Below are positions 41,867-53,800 of a DNA stretch of 64,000 bases, piece after piece. The position numbers were made by a program, and so were the translations under genes. The notes beneath the pieces were generated by a model, which had not been told where the DNA came from, did no database searches, and saw only the letters and a program-made list of their open reading frames with translations. Within the stretch, counting starts at the first letter, position 1, and every line of letters begins with the position of its first letter. The DNA comes from Escherichia phage T4_ev151. The stretch is taken from sequence record LR597660; one strand, written 5' to 3'.

Positions 41867-42775
41867 TTAAAGGTCATTCAAAAGGTCATCCAGGTCCGTG
41901 TCATCAGCACTAGATGAACTGCCAGAGCTTGAGCTCATAAAATCATCTTCAGTTTTTGTATTGAAGTCATCAACATTGAATGCATCCAAATCATCAGCAA
42001 CTTTATCAGCTTTCTTAGCGGCAGTTGCTGCGGCACCGCCCATAGCAGCAGTTCCCATAACTTGACTGAACTTAGTGCTCAGTTCTTCAAACGATTTGAA
42101 TTTATCTTTAGAAGTCATTTCAGAAAGGTCAACCATTTGTTCGAACAGTTCTTTCTGGAAAGATTCATCATCAATGTTTGGAATCGCAGATTGATTCAGG
42201 AATTTAGATTCGTCGTAGTTACTAAAACCAGAAACTTGTTTAACTTTCAGTACAAAGTTAGCACCTTCCCACGGGCAAGTTACATCAACCGGAGTTTCAC
42301 CCATTTCAACATCAACTGCAATCATTGCATTGATTTTATCCCAGATTTTCTTACCGAAACGATATTTAAATACTTTACCTTCATTTTCTGGAGCAGCTGG
42401 GTCTTTTACTACAAGAATGTTAGCCCAGTAAGAAGTTTTACGTTTAACAAGACTATACTCTTTATTGTCAGTGTTGTACAGATCATTTTTACTGATATAC
42501 TGACATACTGGACAAGAATCGTAATCACCGTGGGTAGATGAACATGTTTCAATATACCATTTACCATTTTTCTTGAAACCGTGATTTACAAGAATTGCGA
42601 ATGGTGCTTGTTCATCATTTTTAGACGGAAGAAAACGAATTACTGCTTGACCGTTACCCGCATTATCGAGTTTCAGTTTCCACTCGCCTTTATCTTCAGA
42701 AGAAAAACCACCTTTATTGCCATTCAGTTTAGCCATTTGTGCAGCGAGTTCAGCAGTAGATTTACGTTTAAACAT
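41867..42775 (-). CDS. 32: single-stranded DNA-binding protein gp32
   Basis: 302 aa [75 protein letters not shown]... with acidic C-terminal tail; matches recalled T4 gp32. Confidence 0.95.
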   Translation of the reverse strand: MFKRKSTAELAAQMAKLNGNKGGFSSEDKGEWKLKLDNAGNGQAVIRFLPSKNDEQAPFAILVNHGFKKNGKWYIETCSSTHGDYDSCPVCQYISKNDLYNTDNKEYSLVKRKTSYWANILVVKDPAAPENEGKVFKYRFGKKIWDKINAMIAVDVEMGETPVDVTCPWEGANFVLKVKQVSGFSNYDESKFLNQSAIPNIDDESFQKELFEQMVDLSEMTSKDKFKSFEELSTKFSQVMGTAAMGGAAATAAKKADKVADDLDAFNVDDFNTKTEDDFMSSSSGSSSSADDTDLDDLLNDL

Positions 42776-42874
42776 TTTTATTTCCTTTTTAATTTAATTA
42801 ACAGTTGGTGCTATGACGATGTATGACCTCATAGCTGGTCAGTGAGATAATTATAATCTATTTATAATAAGCAA

Positions 42875-43528
42875 TTAATACTTGCAAGATTTCACAGTTT
42901 CAATGAAAACACTTTTAGCTTTCTGTGAATCAATATTTAAAATTTTTCTATAAGCCTTTAACTTTATAGAATAATTATTCCAGACTAAATTATCAGTCTG
43001 TTCATCATGTTTATCGATTATATTTAAAAACGAATCAAGCAAGATAAACGTCTCAAACGAAATTATATTCGATTGTAGAAGTTTAAAAATATAACTTGAC
43101 TGAACCTTTGGATTATATTCAAAGATTTCTTTAAAAGCAGAAACTTCAACTTTTTTACTAAAATAATAAATGTTGCGAATATCTTCTTCAAACTTAAATT
43201 TAATTTGCTTTAAGCGTCCGATATATTCACGATAAAACACAAGTGCATCAGCGTCAGAGATGTCACCAATCCAAGCATCTTGGTTAGCAACCAGATTGCT
43301 TATAAAGATTAAAGCAAGTTCCTTTAATTTATATTTTTCTGATAACTTCTGGAAAAAATACTTATCCCTTCGCTTTTGATAAGCGGCATCAGACACCCGC
43401 ATGCACCAATTATACTTAATTACATCATACTTTCCGTTCATATGTTGTTTTATCATTAAGTATAATTTATAAACTGATTTACCATCAATGTATCTTTCAC
43501 CACCAGCAGGCATGCGGAGTTTAATCAT
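42875..43528 (-). CDS. 59: helicase loader gp59
   Basis: 217 aa (T4 gp59 length); position between 32 and 33. Confidence 0.85.
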   Translation of the reverse strand: MIKLRMPAGGERYIDGKSVYKLYLMIKQHMNGKYDVIKYNWCMRVSDAAYQKRRDKYFFQKLSEKYKLKELALIFISNLVANQDAWIGDISDADALVFYREYIGRLKQIKFKFEEDIRNIYYFSKKVEVSAFKEIFEYNPKVQSSYIFKLLQSNIISFETFILLDSFLNIIDKHDEQTDNLVWNNYSIKLKAYRKILNIDSQKAKSVFIETVKSCKY

Positions 43529-43863
43529 AGCAGAAAATCTAATGTATTAGTTTTTTCACAACGAACAACAGAAGGACGTAAAAGATTTTCGTCAATAGCT
43601 TCTGATTGAATTTTTTCAATTATACCCGAAGGAATAAATTTAGCAAATTGAGTTTCAGGAATAGAGTTTTCTTCCAAGAATGCTGTTGTAGCTTCAAGAT
43701 AACTCATTCCAAACTCTTCTACCATTTTTTCAATAATAAATCCATTTTCTTGACGATCAAGAAGCTTTGCTATTTCATCCTTTTCTTTCTTTATTGAAAG
43801 TTCTTTTTCTGAAAGACCGGTCTCATCGACCGGACGAATATCATTTAGAGAAAACTGTGTCAT
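43525..43863 (-). CDS. 33: late transcription co-activator gp33
   Basis: Track starts at TTG; ATG at 43863 gives 112 aa MTQFSLNDIRPVDETGLSEKELSIKKEKDEIAKLL... Confidence 0.85.
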   Translation of the reverse strand: MTQFSLNDIRPVDETGLSEKELSIKKEKDEIAKLLDRQENGFIIEKMVEEFGMSYLEATTAFLEENSIPETQFAKFIPSGIIEKIQSEAIDENLLRPSVVRCEKTNTLDFLL

Positions 43864-44110
43864 AAAGTTCAACTACCTCTTCAGTTTCAGCTTCAAACAC
43901 ATCACGGTTATCTTTATGATACAGAGCTAATAGACGATTAAACATCTTACCATCAACGCCAAGTTCATCTTTAGCACGAATTCGAATATCTTTAATCAGT
44001 TCATTATAACCGGAAATTTTCAGTTTATGATCAGATGCTTCTTTAATAAATTTAGCCAAGTCTTCACCGTGGATAGCTTCATCAAATTCAACCATTTCTT
44101 TTTTAGCCAT
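43841..44110 (-). CDS. dsbA: dsDNA-binding protein DsbA
   Basis: 89 aa; position between rnh and 33. Confidence 0.8.
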   Translation of the reverse strand: MAKKEMVEFDEAIHGEDLAKFIKEASDHKLKISGYNELIKDIRIRAKDELGVDGKMFNRLLALYHKDNRDVFEAETEEVVELYDTVFSK

Positions 44111-44118
44111 TATTCACC

Positions 44119-45036
44119 TCAAAATTCATTAATGCTATTAGTTAATTTAGAAAGACCCGCTTTTACAAAATATGAATAAATTTTGCCACGCGGTGGTAAT
44201 TTATATGAATTATAGTAATTCACAATGTTTGAAGCAATATTATCAGGAATATAATCAAAATCAATTAGAACTAAATTTTCTTTATAACGATTATACTCAG
44301 ATTCTGAGAGAAGCACCTTAGCTTGCTCACGGTCATTAGCAATAGCTTCAACGATTGAAGTTTTCATTGAAGGAGTTCGTTCACCTTCAACTCTGGTAAA
44401 CCAAAAGTCAGATCGTACTTTAACTGAAGCAACGTTATCCTTTTTGTCGCCTTTAAGGATTTTAGTCATACAGTCAATTTCAGCAGAACCGCTTTTAATT
44501 TTAACCCATTTCTTATGCATCGGTGACCATTGCTTAACATTTGGATATTTGTGAAGCTGTGTAAAGTCACCATCCGACGAAATGATTAAAATCTTGTGTC
44601 CTTCTAAAGAGAACTTTTTAACAAGAACAGCAATATGGTCATCTGCTTCATACTTATCAATATCCATAACAATGTATGGCATATAAGCTTTCAATTCATC
44701 TATAACTTTATGGCTGGATTCAAAATAACCTTCCCAGTCCCAAGTAGATTCTTCTCGTGCTTTTCCACGGTTTTTCTTATAATAATAAGCAAAATCACGA
44801 CGCCAGTATCCAGATTTCGCGTTATCAATACACAGTACAATTTTAGTGTATCCAAGCATTTTTGCTTTTTTGACATTAAACTTAATTGAGTTCAATATCA
44901 AATGACGAACCATTGATAAATTAATTTTTTCTTTATCTGGGAAGTTTACCAAAGCAGTTGAAAGCGCAATTTGACTAAAGTCAATTAAGCAGATTCCTTC
45001 TTTGTAATCTTCATCCAGCATCATTTCTAAATCCAT
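44119..45036 (-). CDS. rnh: RNase H / 5'-3' flap exonuclease
   Basis: Track starts at TTG 45051; ATG at 45036 with GAGG SD gives 305 aa MDLEMMLDEDYKEGICLIDFSQIALSTA... Confidence 0.9.
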   Translation of the reverse strand: MDLEMMLDEDYKEGICLIDFSQIALSTALVNFPDKEKINLSMVRHLILNSIKFNVKKAKMLGYTKIVLCIDNAKSGYWRRDFAYYYKKNRGKAREESTWDWEGYFESSHKVIDELKAYMPYIVMDIDKYEADDHIAVLVKKFSLEGHKILIISSDGDFTQLHKYPNVKQWSPMHKKWVKIKSGSAEIDCMTKILKGDKKDNVASVKVRSDFWFTRVEGERTPSMKTSIVEAIANDREQAKVLLSESEYNRYKENLVLIDFDYIPDNIASNIVNYYNSYKLPPRGKIYSYFVKAGLSKLTNSINEF

Positions 45037-45098
45037 ATGAACCTCGTTCAATTAGTGAGATTTCTATTATATACCATCCAAATCTTAAAGTAAACAGG

Positions 45099-45106
45099 TA
45101 TAAATA
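45099..45106 (+). promoter_or_regulatory. late promoter TATAAATA for the tail-fibre genes
   Basis: Exact TATAAATA 35 nt upstream of the gene 34 ATG; SD GGAG. Confidence 0.6.
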
Positions 45107-45140
45107 CTTATTATTGAAAACACAATAGGAGCCCGGGAGA

Positions 45141-48100
45141 ATGGCCGAGATTAAAAGAAAGTTCAGAGCAGAAGATGGTCTGGACGCAGGTGGCGATAAA
45201 ATAATCAACGTAGCTTTAGCTGATCGTACCGTAGGAACTGACGGTGTTAACGTTGATTACTTAATTCAAGAAAACACAGTTCAGCAATATGACCCAACTC
45301 GTGGATATTTAAAAGATTTTGTAATCATTTATGATAACCGCTTTTGGGCTGCTATAAATGATATTCCAAAACCGGCAGGAGCTTTTAATAGCGGACGCTG
45401 GAGAGCATTACGTACCGACGCAAACTGGATCACAGTTTCATCCGGTTCGTATCAATTAAAATCTGGCGAAGCAATTTCGGTTAATACTGCAGCTGGAAAT
45501 GACATCACATTTACTTTACCATCTACTCCAATTGATGGTGATACTATCGTTCTCCAAGATATTGGAGGAAAACCTGGAGTTAACCAAGTTTTAATTGTAG
45601 CTCCAGTGCAAAGTATTGTAAACTTTAGAGGTGAACAGGTACGTTCAGTACTAATGACTCATCCAAAGTCACAGCTAGTTTTAATTTTTAGTAATCGTCT
45701 GTGGCAAATGTATGTTGCTGATTATAGTAGAGAAGCTGTAATTGTAACACCAGCAAGTCTCTATCAGGCGCAATCTAATGATTTTATCGTACGTAGATTT
45801 ACTTCTGCTGCACCAATTAATATTAAACTTCCAAGATTTGCTAATCATGGCGATATTATTAATTTCGTCGATTTGGATAAATTAAATCCACTTTATCATA
45901 CAATTGTTACTACATACGATGAAACGACTTCAGTACAAGAAGTTGGAACTCATTCCATTGAAGGCCGTACATCGATTGACGGTTTCTTGATGTTTGATGA
46001 TAATGAGAAATTGTGGAGATTGTTTGACGGGGATAGTAAAGCACGTTTACGCATTATAACGACTAATTCTAATATTCGTCCAAACGAAGAAGTTATGGTA
46101 TTTGGTGCGAATAACGGAACAACTCAGACAATTGAACTTCAGCTTCCGACTGATATTTCTGTTGGTGATACTGTTAAAATTTCCATGAATTACATGAGAA
46201 AAGGACAAACAGTTAAAATCAAAGCTGCCGGTGAAGATAAAATTGCTTCTTCAGTTCAATTGCTGCAATTCCCAAAACGTTCAGAGTATCCGCCTGAAAC
46301 TAAATGGGTTACAGTCCAAGAATTAGTTTTTAATGGTGAAACTAATTATGTTCCAGTTTTACAGCTTGCTTATATAGAAGATTCTGATGGAAAATACTGG
46401 GTTGTACAACAAAACGTTCCAACTGTAGAAAGAGTTGATTCTTTAAATGATTCTACTAGAGCAAGATTAGGCGTAATTGCTTTAGCTACACAAGCTCAAG
46501 CTAATGTCGATTTAGAAAATTCTCCACAAAAAGAATTAGCAATTACTCCAGAAACGTTAGCTAATCGTACTGCTACTGAAACTCGCAGAGGTATTGCAAG
46601 AATAGCAACTACTGCTCAAGTGAATCAGAACACCACATTCTCTTTTGCAGATGACCTTATCATTACTCCTAAAAAGCTGAATGAAAGAACTGCTACAGAA
46701 ACTCGCAGAGGTGTCGCAGAAATTGCTACGCAGCAGGAAACTAATACAGGTACTGATGATACTACAATCATTACTCCTAAAAAGCTTCAAGCTCGTCAAG
46801 GTTCTGAGTCATTATCTGGTATTGTAACTTTTGTATCTACTGCAGGTGCTACTCCAGCTTCTAGCCGTGAATTAAATGGTACGAATGTTTATAATAAAAA
46901 CACTAATAATTTAGTTGTTTCACCTAAAGCTTTGGATCAGTATAAAGCTACTCCAACACAGCAAGGTGCAGTAATTTTAGCAGTTGAAAGTGAAGTAATT
47001 GCTGGACAAAGTCAAGAAGGATGGGCAAATGCGGTTGTAACACCAGAAACATTACATAAAAAGACATCAACTGATGACAGAATTGGTTTAATTGAAATTG
47101 CTACGCAAAGTGAAGTTAATACAGGAACTGATTATACTCGTGCAGTTACTCCTAAAACTTTAAATGACCGTAAAGCAACCGAAAGTTTAAGTGGTATAGC
47201 TGAAATTGCTACACAAGTTGAATTCGACGCAGGCGTCGACGATACTCGTATCTCTACACCATTAAAAATTAAAACCAGATTTAATAGTACTGATCGTACT
47301 TCTGTTGTTGCTTTATCTGGATTAGTTGAATCAGGAACTCTCTGGGACCATTATACCCTTGATATTCTTGAAGCAAATGAGACACAGCGTGGTACACTTC
47401 GTGTGGCTACACAAGTTGAAGCTGCTGCAGGAACATTAGATAATGTTTTAATAACTCCTAAAAAGCTTTTAGGTACTAAATCTACTGAAGCACAGGAAGG
47501 TGTTATTAAAGTTGCAACTCAGTCTGAAACTGTGACTGGAACGTCAGCAAATACTGCTGTATCTCCAAAAAATTTAAAATGGATTGTGCAGAGTGAACCT
47601 ACTTGGGCAGCTACTACTTCGATAAGAGGTTTTGTTAAAACTTCATCTGGTTCAATTACATTCGTTGGTAATGATACAGCTGGTTCCACGCAGGACTTAG
47701 AACTATACGAGAAAAATAGCTATGCAGTATCACCATATGAATTAAACCGTGTATTAGCAAATTATTTACCATTAAAAGCAAAAGCTGCTGATACAAATTT
47801 ATTGGATGGTCTAGATTCATCTCAGTTCATTCGTAGGGATATTGCACAGACGGTTAATGGTTCACTAACCTTAACCCAACAAACGAATCTGAGTGCCCCT
47901 CTTGTATCATCTAGTACTGCTACGTTTGGTGGTTCAGTTTCGGCAAATAGTACATTAACTATTTCTAATACTGGAACAGCAACTCGATTGATTTTTGAGA
48001 AAGGACCTCAAACTGGAACAAACCCGGCTCAAACGATGACTGTCAGAGTATGGGGAAATCAATATAGTGGGGAATCAGACACAACACGTTCTACCGTATT

Positions 48101-49010
48101 TGAAGTTAGCGATGAAACATCTAGTCATTTTTATTCTCAGCGCAATAAAGCTGGAAATATAACATTTAATATCAACGGTACAGTAACTCCGATAAATGTT
48201 AATGCTTCAGGAACATTGAATGCAAATGGTGTAGCAACATTTGGTAATTCAGTTACTGCTAATGGCGAATTTATCGGCAAGTCTGCAAATGCTTTCAGAG
48301 CAATAAACGGTGATTATGGATTCTTTATCAGGAATGATGGCGGCAGCACATATTTTATGCTCACTGCATCGGGTGATCAGAGTGGCGGATTTAATGGATT
48401 ACGTCCATTAGCTATTAATAATGCATCTGGTCAAGTAACGATTGGTGAAAGCTTAATCATCGCCAAAGGTGCTACTATAAATTCAGGTGGTTTGACTGTT
48501 AACTCGAGAATTCGTTCTCAGGGTACTAAAACCTCTGATTTATATACCCGTGCGCCAACATCTGATACAGTAGGATTCTGGTCAATCGATATTAATGATT
48601 CAGCCACTTATAACCAGTTCCCGGGTTATTTTAAAATGGTTGAAAAAACTAATGAAGTGACTGGACTTCCATACTTAGAACGTGGTGAAGAAGTTAAATC
48701 TCCTGGTACATTGACTCAGTTTGGTAACACACTTGATTCACTTTACCAAGATTGGATTACTTATCCAACGACCCCAGAAGCACGTACCACTCGCTGGACA
48801 CGTACATGGCAGAAAACCAAAAACTCTTGGTCAAGTTTTGTTCAGGTATTTGACGGAGGTAACCCTCCTCAACCTTCAGATATAGGAGCGATCCCATCTG
48901 ATAATGGAATAATAGGTAATCTTACTATTCGCGATTTCTTGCGAATTGGTAATGTTCGCATTATTCCTGACCCAGTGAATAAAACTGTTAAATTTGAGTG
49001 GATTGAATAA
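45141..49010 (+). CDS. 34: long tail fibre proximal subunit gp34
   Basis: 1289 aa (T4 gp34 length); repeated ...ATETRRG(I/V)A(R/E)IAT... fibre motifs. Confidence 0.92.
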   Translation: MAEIKRKFRAEDGLDAGGDKIINVALADRTVGTDGVNVDYLIQENTVQQYDPTRGYLKDFVIIYDNRFWAAINDIPKPAGAFNSGRWRALRTDANWITVSSGSYQLKSGEAISVNTAAGNDITFTLPSTPIDGDTIVLQDIGGKPGVNQVLIVAPVQSIVNFRGEQVRSVLMTHPKSQLVLIFSNRLWQMYVADYSREAVIVTPASLYQAQSNDFIVRRFTSAAPINIKLPRFANHGDIINFVDLDKLNPLYHTIVTTYDETTSVQEVGTHSIEGRTSIDGFLMFDDNEKLWRLFDGDSKARLRIITTNSNIRPNEEVMVFGANNGTTQTIELQLPTDISVGDTVKISMNYMRKGQTVKIKAAGEDKIASSVQLLQFPKRSEYPPETKWVTVQELVFNGETNYVPVLQLAYIEDSDGKYWVVQQNVPTVERVDSLNDSTRARLGVIALATQAQANVDLENSPQKELAITPETLANRTATETRRGIARIATTAQVNQNTTFSFADDLIITPKKLNERTATETRRGVAEIATQQETNTGTDDTTIITPKKLQARQGSESLSGIVTFVSTAGATPASSRELNGTNVYNKNTNNLVVSPKALDQYKATPTQQGAVILAVESEVIAGQSQEGWANAVVTPETLHKKTSTDDRIGLIEIATQSEVNTGTDYTRAVTPKTLNDRKATESLSGIAEIATQVEFDAGVDDTRISTPLKIKTRFNSTDRTSVVALSGLVESGTLWDHYTLDILEANETQRGTLRVATQVEAAAGTLDNVLITPKKLLGTKSTEAQEGVIKVATQSETVTGTSANTAVSPKNLKWIVQSEPTWAATTSIRGFVKTSSGSITFVGNDTAGSTQDLELYEKNSYAVSPYELNRVLANYLPLKAKAADTNLLDGLDSSQFIRRDIAQTVNGSLTLTQQTNLSAPLVSSSTATFGGSVSANSTLTISNTGTATRLIFEKGPQTGTNPAQTMTVRVWGNQYSGESDTTRSTVFEVSDETSSHFYSQRNKAGNITFNINGTVTPINVNASGTLNANGVATFGNSVTANGEFIGKSANAFRAINGDYGFFIRNDGGSTYFMLTASGDQSGGFNGLRPLAINNASGQVTIGESLIIAKGATINSGGLTVNSRIRSQGTKTSDLYTRAPTSDTVGFWSIDINDSATYNQFPGYFKMVEKTNEVTGLPYLERGEEVKSPGTLTQFGNTLDSLYQDWITYPTTPEARTTRWTRTWQKTKNSWSSFVQVFDGGNPPQPSDIGAIPSDNGIIGNLTIRDFLRIGNVRIIPDPVNKTVKFEWIE

Positions 49011-49018
49011 GAGGTATT

Positions 49019-50134
49019 ATGGAAAAATTTATGGCAGAGTTTGGACAAGGATATGTCCAAACGCCATTTTTATCGGAAAGCAATTCAGTAAGATATAAAA
49101 TAAGCATAGCGGGTTCTTGCCCGCTTTCTACTGCGGGGCCATATGTTAAATTTCAGGATAATCCCGTTGGAAATCAAACATTTAGTGCAGGTCTTCATTT
49201 AAGAGTTTTTGACCCTTCTACGGGAGCATTAGTTGATAGCAAGTCATATGCTTTTTCTGCTTCAAACAATACAACATCTGCCGCTTTTGTCAGTTTCATG
49301 AATTCTTTGTCAAACAATAGACTTGTTGCTATATTAACTAGCGGAAAGGTTAATTTTCCTCCTGAAGTGGTATCTTGGTTAAGAACCGCCGGAACGTCTG
49401 CTTTTCCATCTGACTCTATATTGTCAAGATTTGATGTATCATATGCTGCTTTTTATACTTCTTCTAAAAGAGCTATTGCATTAGAGCATGTTAAATTAAG
49501 TAATAGAAAAAGCACAGATGATTATCAAACTATTTTAGATGTTGTATTTGACAGTTTAGAAGACGTTGGAGCTACCGGGTTTCCAAGAAGAACATATGAA
49601 AGCGTTGAGCAGTTTATGTCAGCGGTTGGTGGAACTAATAACGAAATTGCACGTCTACCAACTTCATCCGCGATAAGTAAACTTTCTGACTACAATTTAA
49701 TTCCTGGCGATGTTCTTTATCTTAAAGCACAACTATATGCTGATGCCGATTTACTTGCTCTTGGAACTACGAATATATCCATTAGATTTTATAATGAATC
49801 GGATGGATATATTTCTTCAACACATGCTGAGTTTACTGGTCAAGCTGGGTCATGGGAATTAAAGGAAGACTATGTAGTTGTTCCTGAAAATGCGGTAGGA
49901 TTTACGATATATGCACAAAGAACTGCCCAAGCAGGTCAAGGAGGCATGAGAAATTTAAGTTTTTCTGAAGTATCAAGAAATGGCGGCATTTCAAAACCTG
50001 CTGAATTCGGCGTCAATGGTATTCGTGTTAATTATATCTGTGAATCTGCTTCACCTCCGGATATAATGGTACTTCCTACACAAGCATCGTCTAAAACTGG
50101 TAAAGTGTTTGGGCAAGAATTTAGAGAAGTTTAA
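49019..50134 (+). CDS. 35: long tail fibre hinge connector gp35
   Basis: 371 aa; immediately downstream of gene 34. Confidence 0.85.
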   Translation: MEKFMAEFGQGYVQTPFLSESNSVRYKISIAGSCPLSTAGPYVKFQDNPVGNQTFSAGLHLRVFDPSTGALVDSKSYAFSASNNTTSAAFVSFMNSLSNNRLVAILTSGKVNFPPEVVSWLRTAGTSAFPSDSILSRFDVSYAAFYTSSKRAIALEHVKLSNRKSTDDYQTILDVVFDSLEDVGATGFPRRTYESVEQFMSAVGGTNNEIARLPTSSAISKLSDYNLIPGDVLYLKAQLYADADLLALGTTNISIRFYNESDGYISSTHAEFTGQAGSWELKEDYVVVPENAVGFTIYAQRTAQAGQGGMRNLSFSEVSRNGGISKPAEFGVNGIRVNYICESASPPDIMVLPTQASSKTGKVFGQEFREV

Positions 50135-50139
50135 ATTGA

Positions 50140-50166
50140 GGGAGCCTTCGGGTTCCCTTTTTCTTT
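50140..50166 (+). terminator. stem-loop terminator after gene 35
   Basis: GGGAGCC-TTCG-GGTTCCC (one G-U pair) followed by TTTTTCTTT. Confidence 0.65.
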
Positions 50167-50173
50167 ATAAATA
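50166..50173 (+). promoter_or_regulatory. late promoter TATAAATA for genes 36-37-38-t
   Basis: Exact TATAAATA 24 nt upstream of the gene 36 ATG. Confidence 0.6.
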
Positions 50174-50196
50174 CTATTAAAATAAAGGGGCATACA

Positions 50197-50853
50197 ATGG
50201 CTGATTTAAAAGTAGGTTCAACAACCGGAGGCTCTGTCATTTGGCATCAAGGAAATTTTCCATTGAATCCAGCCGGTGACGATGTACTCTATAAATCATT
50301 TAAAATATATTCAGAATATAATAAACCACAAGCTGCTGATAACGATTTCGTTTCTAAAGCTAATGGCGGTACTTATTTAAATAAAGTAATTTTTAATAAA
50401 GGAATGACTGTTCCTGGCGCAGGGTCAGGTGATAATGGTATTTTTGCTGGTCCTGGTGATAGTGCCACGTATGATACTACAAATATGGATATTGTTTCGT
50501 GGTATGGTATTGGTTTTAAATCATCACAAGGAACAGCAGGTAGAACTGTAGTAATTAACACACGAAATGGAGATATTAGCTCAAAGGGCGTAATTGAAGC
50601 ATCACAAATCCGTGTAACTTCGTTATCACCAGTAAATAATTATGACCTTACGCGGAAAGATTATGTTGATGGAGCAATAAATATTGTTACAGCAAACGCA
50701 AACTCTAGGGTATTACGCTCTGGAGACACTATGACAGGAAATTTAACTGCGCCAAACCTTTTTTCACAGAATCCTGCATCTCAACCCTCGCATGTTCCAC
50801 GATTTGACCAAATTGTTATTAAGGATTCTGTTCAAGATTTCGGCTATTATTAA
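50197..50853 (+). CDS. 36: long tail fibre distal connector gp36
   Basis: 218 aa; AAGGGG SD. Confidence 0.85.
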   Translation: MADLKVGSTTGGSVIWHQGNFPLNPAGDDVLYKSFKIYSEYNKPQAADNDFVSKANGGTYLNKVIFNKGMTVPGAGSGDNGIFAGPGDSATYDTTNMDIVSWYGIGFKSSQGTAGRTVVINTRNGDISSKGVIEASQIRVTSLSPVNNYDLTRKDYVDGAINIVTANANSRVLRSGDTMTGNLTAPNLFSQNPASQPSHVPRFDQIVIKDSVQDFGYY

Positions 50854-50861
50854 GAGGACTT

Positions 50862-53800
50862 ATGGCTACTTTAAAACAAATACAATTTAAAAGAAGCAAA
50901 ACTGCAGGAGCACGTCCTGCCGCTTCAGTATTAGCCGAAGGTGAATTGGCTATAAACTTAAAAGACCGTGTACTTTTTACTAAAGATGACCAAGGAAATA
51001 TTATTGATCTGGGTTTTGCTAAAGGCGGTAGTATTGACGGGAATGTTATTCATACAGGCAATTATAACCAAACTGGCGATTATATTTTAAATGGTGTCTT
51101 CACTCAGACTGGTAATTTTAATTTAACCGGTATTGCTCGAGTAACTCGCGATATTATTGCCGCTGGGCAGATTATGACTGAAGGCGGAGAACTTATTACA
51201 AAAAGTTCAGGTACAGCGCATGTTCGTTTTTTCGATAACAATAGTCGCGAACGCGGAATCATTTATGCCCCGGCTAATGATGGTTTAACTACACAAGTAC
51301 TTAATATCAGGGTTCAAGACTACGCCGCTGGTAGCGAAAGCACTTATGCATTTTCAGGCAGTGGACTATTTACTTCACCTGAAGTATCAGCATGGAAATC
51401 TATTTCGTCTCCACAAATTCTAACCAACAAAGTCATTACTAATAATAAATCTACGGGTGATTATGACATCTATTCGATGGCAGACAATGTTCCATTGTCT
51501 GAAAGCACTACTGCTATTAATCATCTTCGTGTCATGCGTAATGCCGTTGGTTCTGGTATTTTCCATGAAGTTAAAGATAATGATGGAATAACTTGGTATG
51601 CAGGTGATGGACTTGACACCTATCTTTGGTCATTTACTTGGAGCGGCGGAATTAAATCAAGTCACTCAATTTCTATTGGTTTAACACCTGGTAATAAAGA
51701 TTATTCAATATTAGGACCATCTAGTATTGCTTTAGGAGATAATGATACTGGATTTAAATGGCATCAAGATGGATATTATTTTAGCGTTAATAATGGAACA
51801 AAAACGTTTTTATTTAGTCCTAGCGAAACAACTAGCCTAAGAAAATTTGTAGCTGGATATTCTACTAACGGAACCGATTTAACTACTCCTCCAACTGAAA
51901 ACTATGCTCTCGCTACTGTCGTGACATATCACGATAATAACGCGTTTGGAGATGGTCAGACTCTTTTAGGATATTATCAAGGCGGTAACTATCATCATTA
52001 TTTCCGCGGCAAGGGTACCACAAACATTAATACTCACGGCGGTTTGTTAGTTACTCCTGGTAATATTGACGTTATTGGTGGTTCTGTTAATATCGATGGT
52101 AGAAATAATGCTTCTACACTGATGTTTAGAGGTAACACAACTGGTAGCAGTTCAGTTGATAATATGACAATTTCCGTGTGGGGTAATACCTTTACTAATC
52201 CTAGCGAAGGCACCCGTAAAAATGTCATGGAAATTTCTGACGCAACTAGTTGGATGAGCTATATTCAACGAACAACTGCAGGTAAAGTCGAATCGGTTAT
52301 AAATGGCACCCAGATTGTTAATGAAAACTTGACAGTAGTAAAAAATGCTACATTTGACGGTACAATCAGCGCAGCCGGTGAAATCGCGACAAATGCTGTA
52401 AATGGTCTTCGCATTTGGAACGCAGATTATGGAGCTATTTTTAGACGTTCAGAAGGAAGTCTTCATATTATTCCAACTGCTTACGGTGAAGGTAAATATG
52501 GCGATATCGGTCCACTTCGCCCGTTTAGTATGGCTTTAGATACTGGTAAAGTTACTATTCCAGATTTACAATCAAGTTACAATACGTTCGCTGCTAACGG
52601 TTATATTAAATTTGTTGGTCATGGAGCGGGTGCCGGCGGTTATGACATTCAATATGTTCAAGCGGCTCCTATTTTCCAGGAAATCGATGATGATGCTGTA
52701 AGCAAATATTATCCTATTGTTAAACAGAAGTTTCTAAACGGTAAATCCGTTTGGTCTTTAGGTACTGAAATTAATTCGGGTACATTGGTTATTCATCATC
52801 TGAAAGAAGATGGATCACAAGGCCATACGTCTCGTTTTAATCAAGACGGTACTGTTAACTTCCCTGATAACGTTCAGGTCGGCGGCGGTGAAGCTACTAT
52901 TGCTCGTAATGGTAATATTTTCTCGGATATTTGGAAATCGTTCACTTCAGCAGGAGACACTACAAATATTCGTGACGCAATAGCTACCCGTGTTGCCAAA
53001 GAAGGTGATACGATGACCGGCAAGTTGATTATTAGAAGAGATTCTGACGCTATTAACTTAGCTGCGCCTTCAGCAACTGATGCAAGTTACCTTCTTTCTA
53101 CTGGCGGTGGAGAAAATCAATGGTATATTGGTAAAGGCGGCGCTGATAATACTGTATCATTCTACAACTATAAAACCAACGGGGCTGTGCAAATTAACTC
53201 TATTGGTGAAATCGCGCTGATTCCACAAGGTGCTGCAACATTTAACTTTAACCGCGATCGTCTCCATATAAATGGGACTCAATGGACTGCACATCAAGCT
53301 GGTGACTGGGGTAACCAATGGCGTCAAGAAGCTCCTATATTTGTGGATTTTGGTAGTGTCGGTAATGATAGTTATTATCCTATTATTAAAGGAAAATCTG
53401 TTATTACGAATGAAGGATACGTATCTGGTGTTGATTTCGGTATGCGACGCATTCCTAATAACTGGGCTCAGGCTATTATCCGTGTTGGTAACCAGGAAAA
53501 TGCTAGCGATCCGCAAGCTATCTTCGAATTCCACTATAATGGAAACATGTACGTTCCTGACATGGTTAAAGCTGGAGTAAGAATATCAGCTGGTGGAGGT
53601 GACCCTGTATGGACAGGCGCATGTGTTGTTATTGGTGATAATGATACCGGATTAGTTCATGGTGGTGACGGCCGAATCAATATGGTTGCAAATGGAATGC
53701 ATATTGCTTCATGGTCGTCCGCTTACCATCTCCATGAAGGTCTTTGGGATACCACTGGTGCTTTGTGGACTGAACAAGGAAGAGCTATTATTTCTTTTGG

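Noticed and set aside
42062-42541. 159-aa + strand ORF antisense to gene 32
   Set aside because: Inside gene 32, whose protein sequence is recognised with high confidence; the antisense frame has no SD and a Phe/Arg-rich composition.
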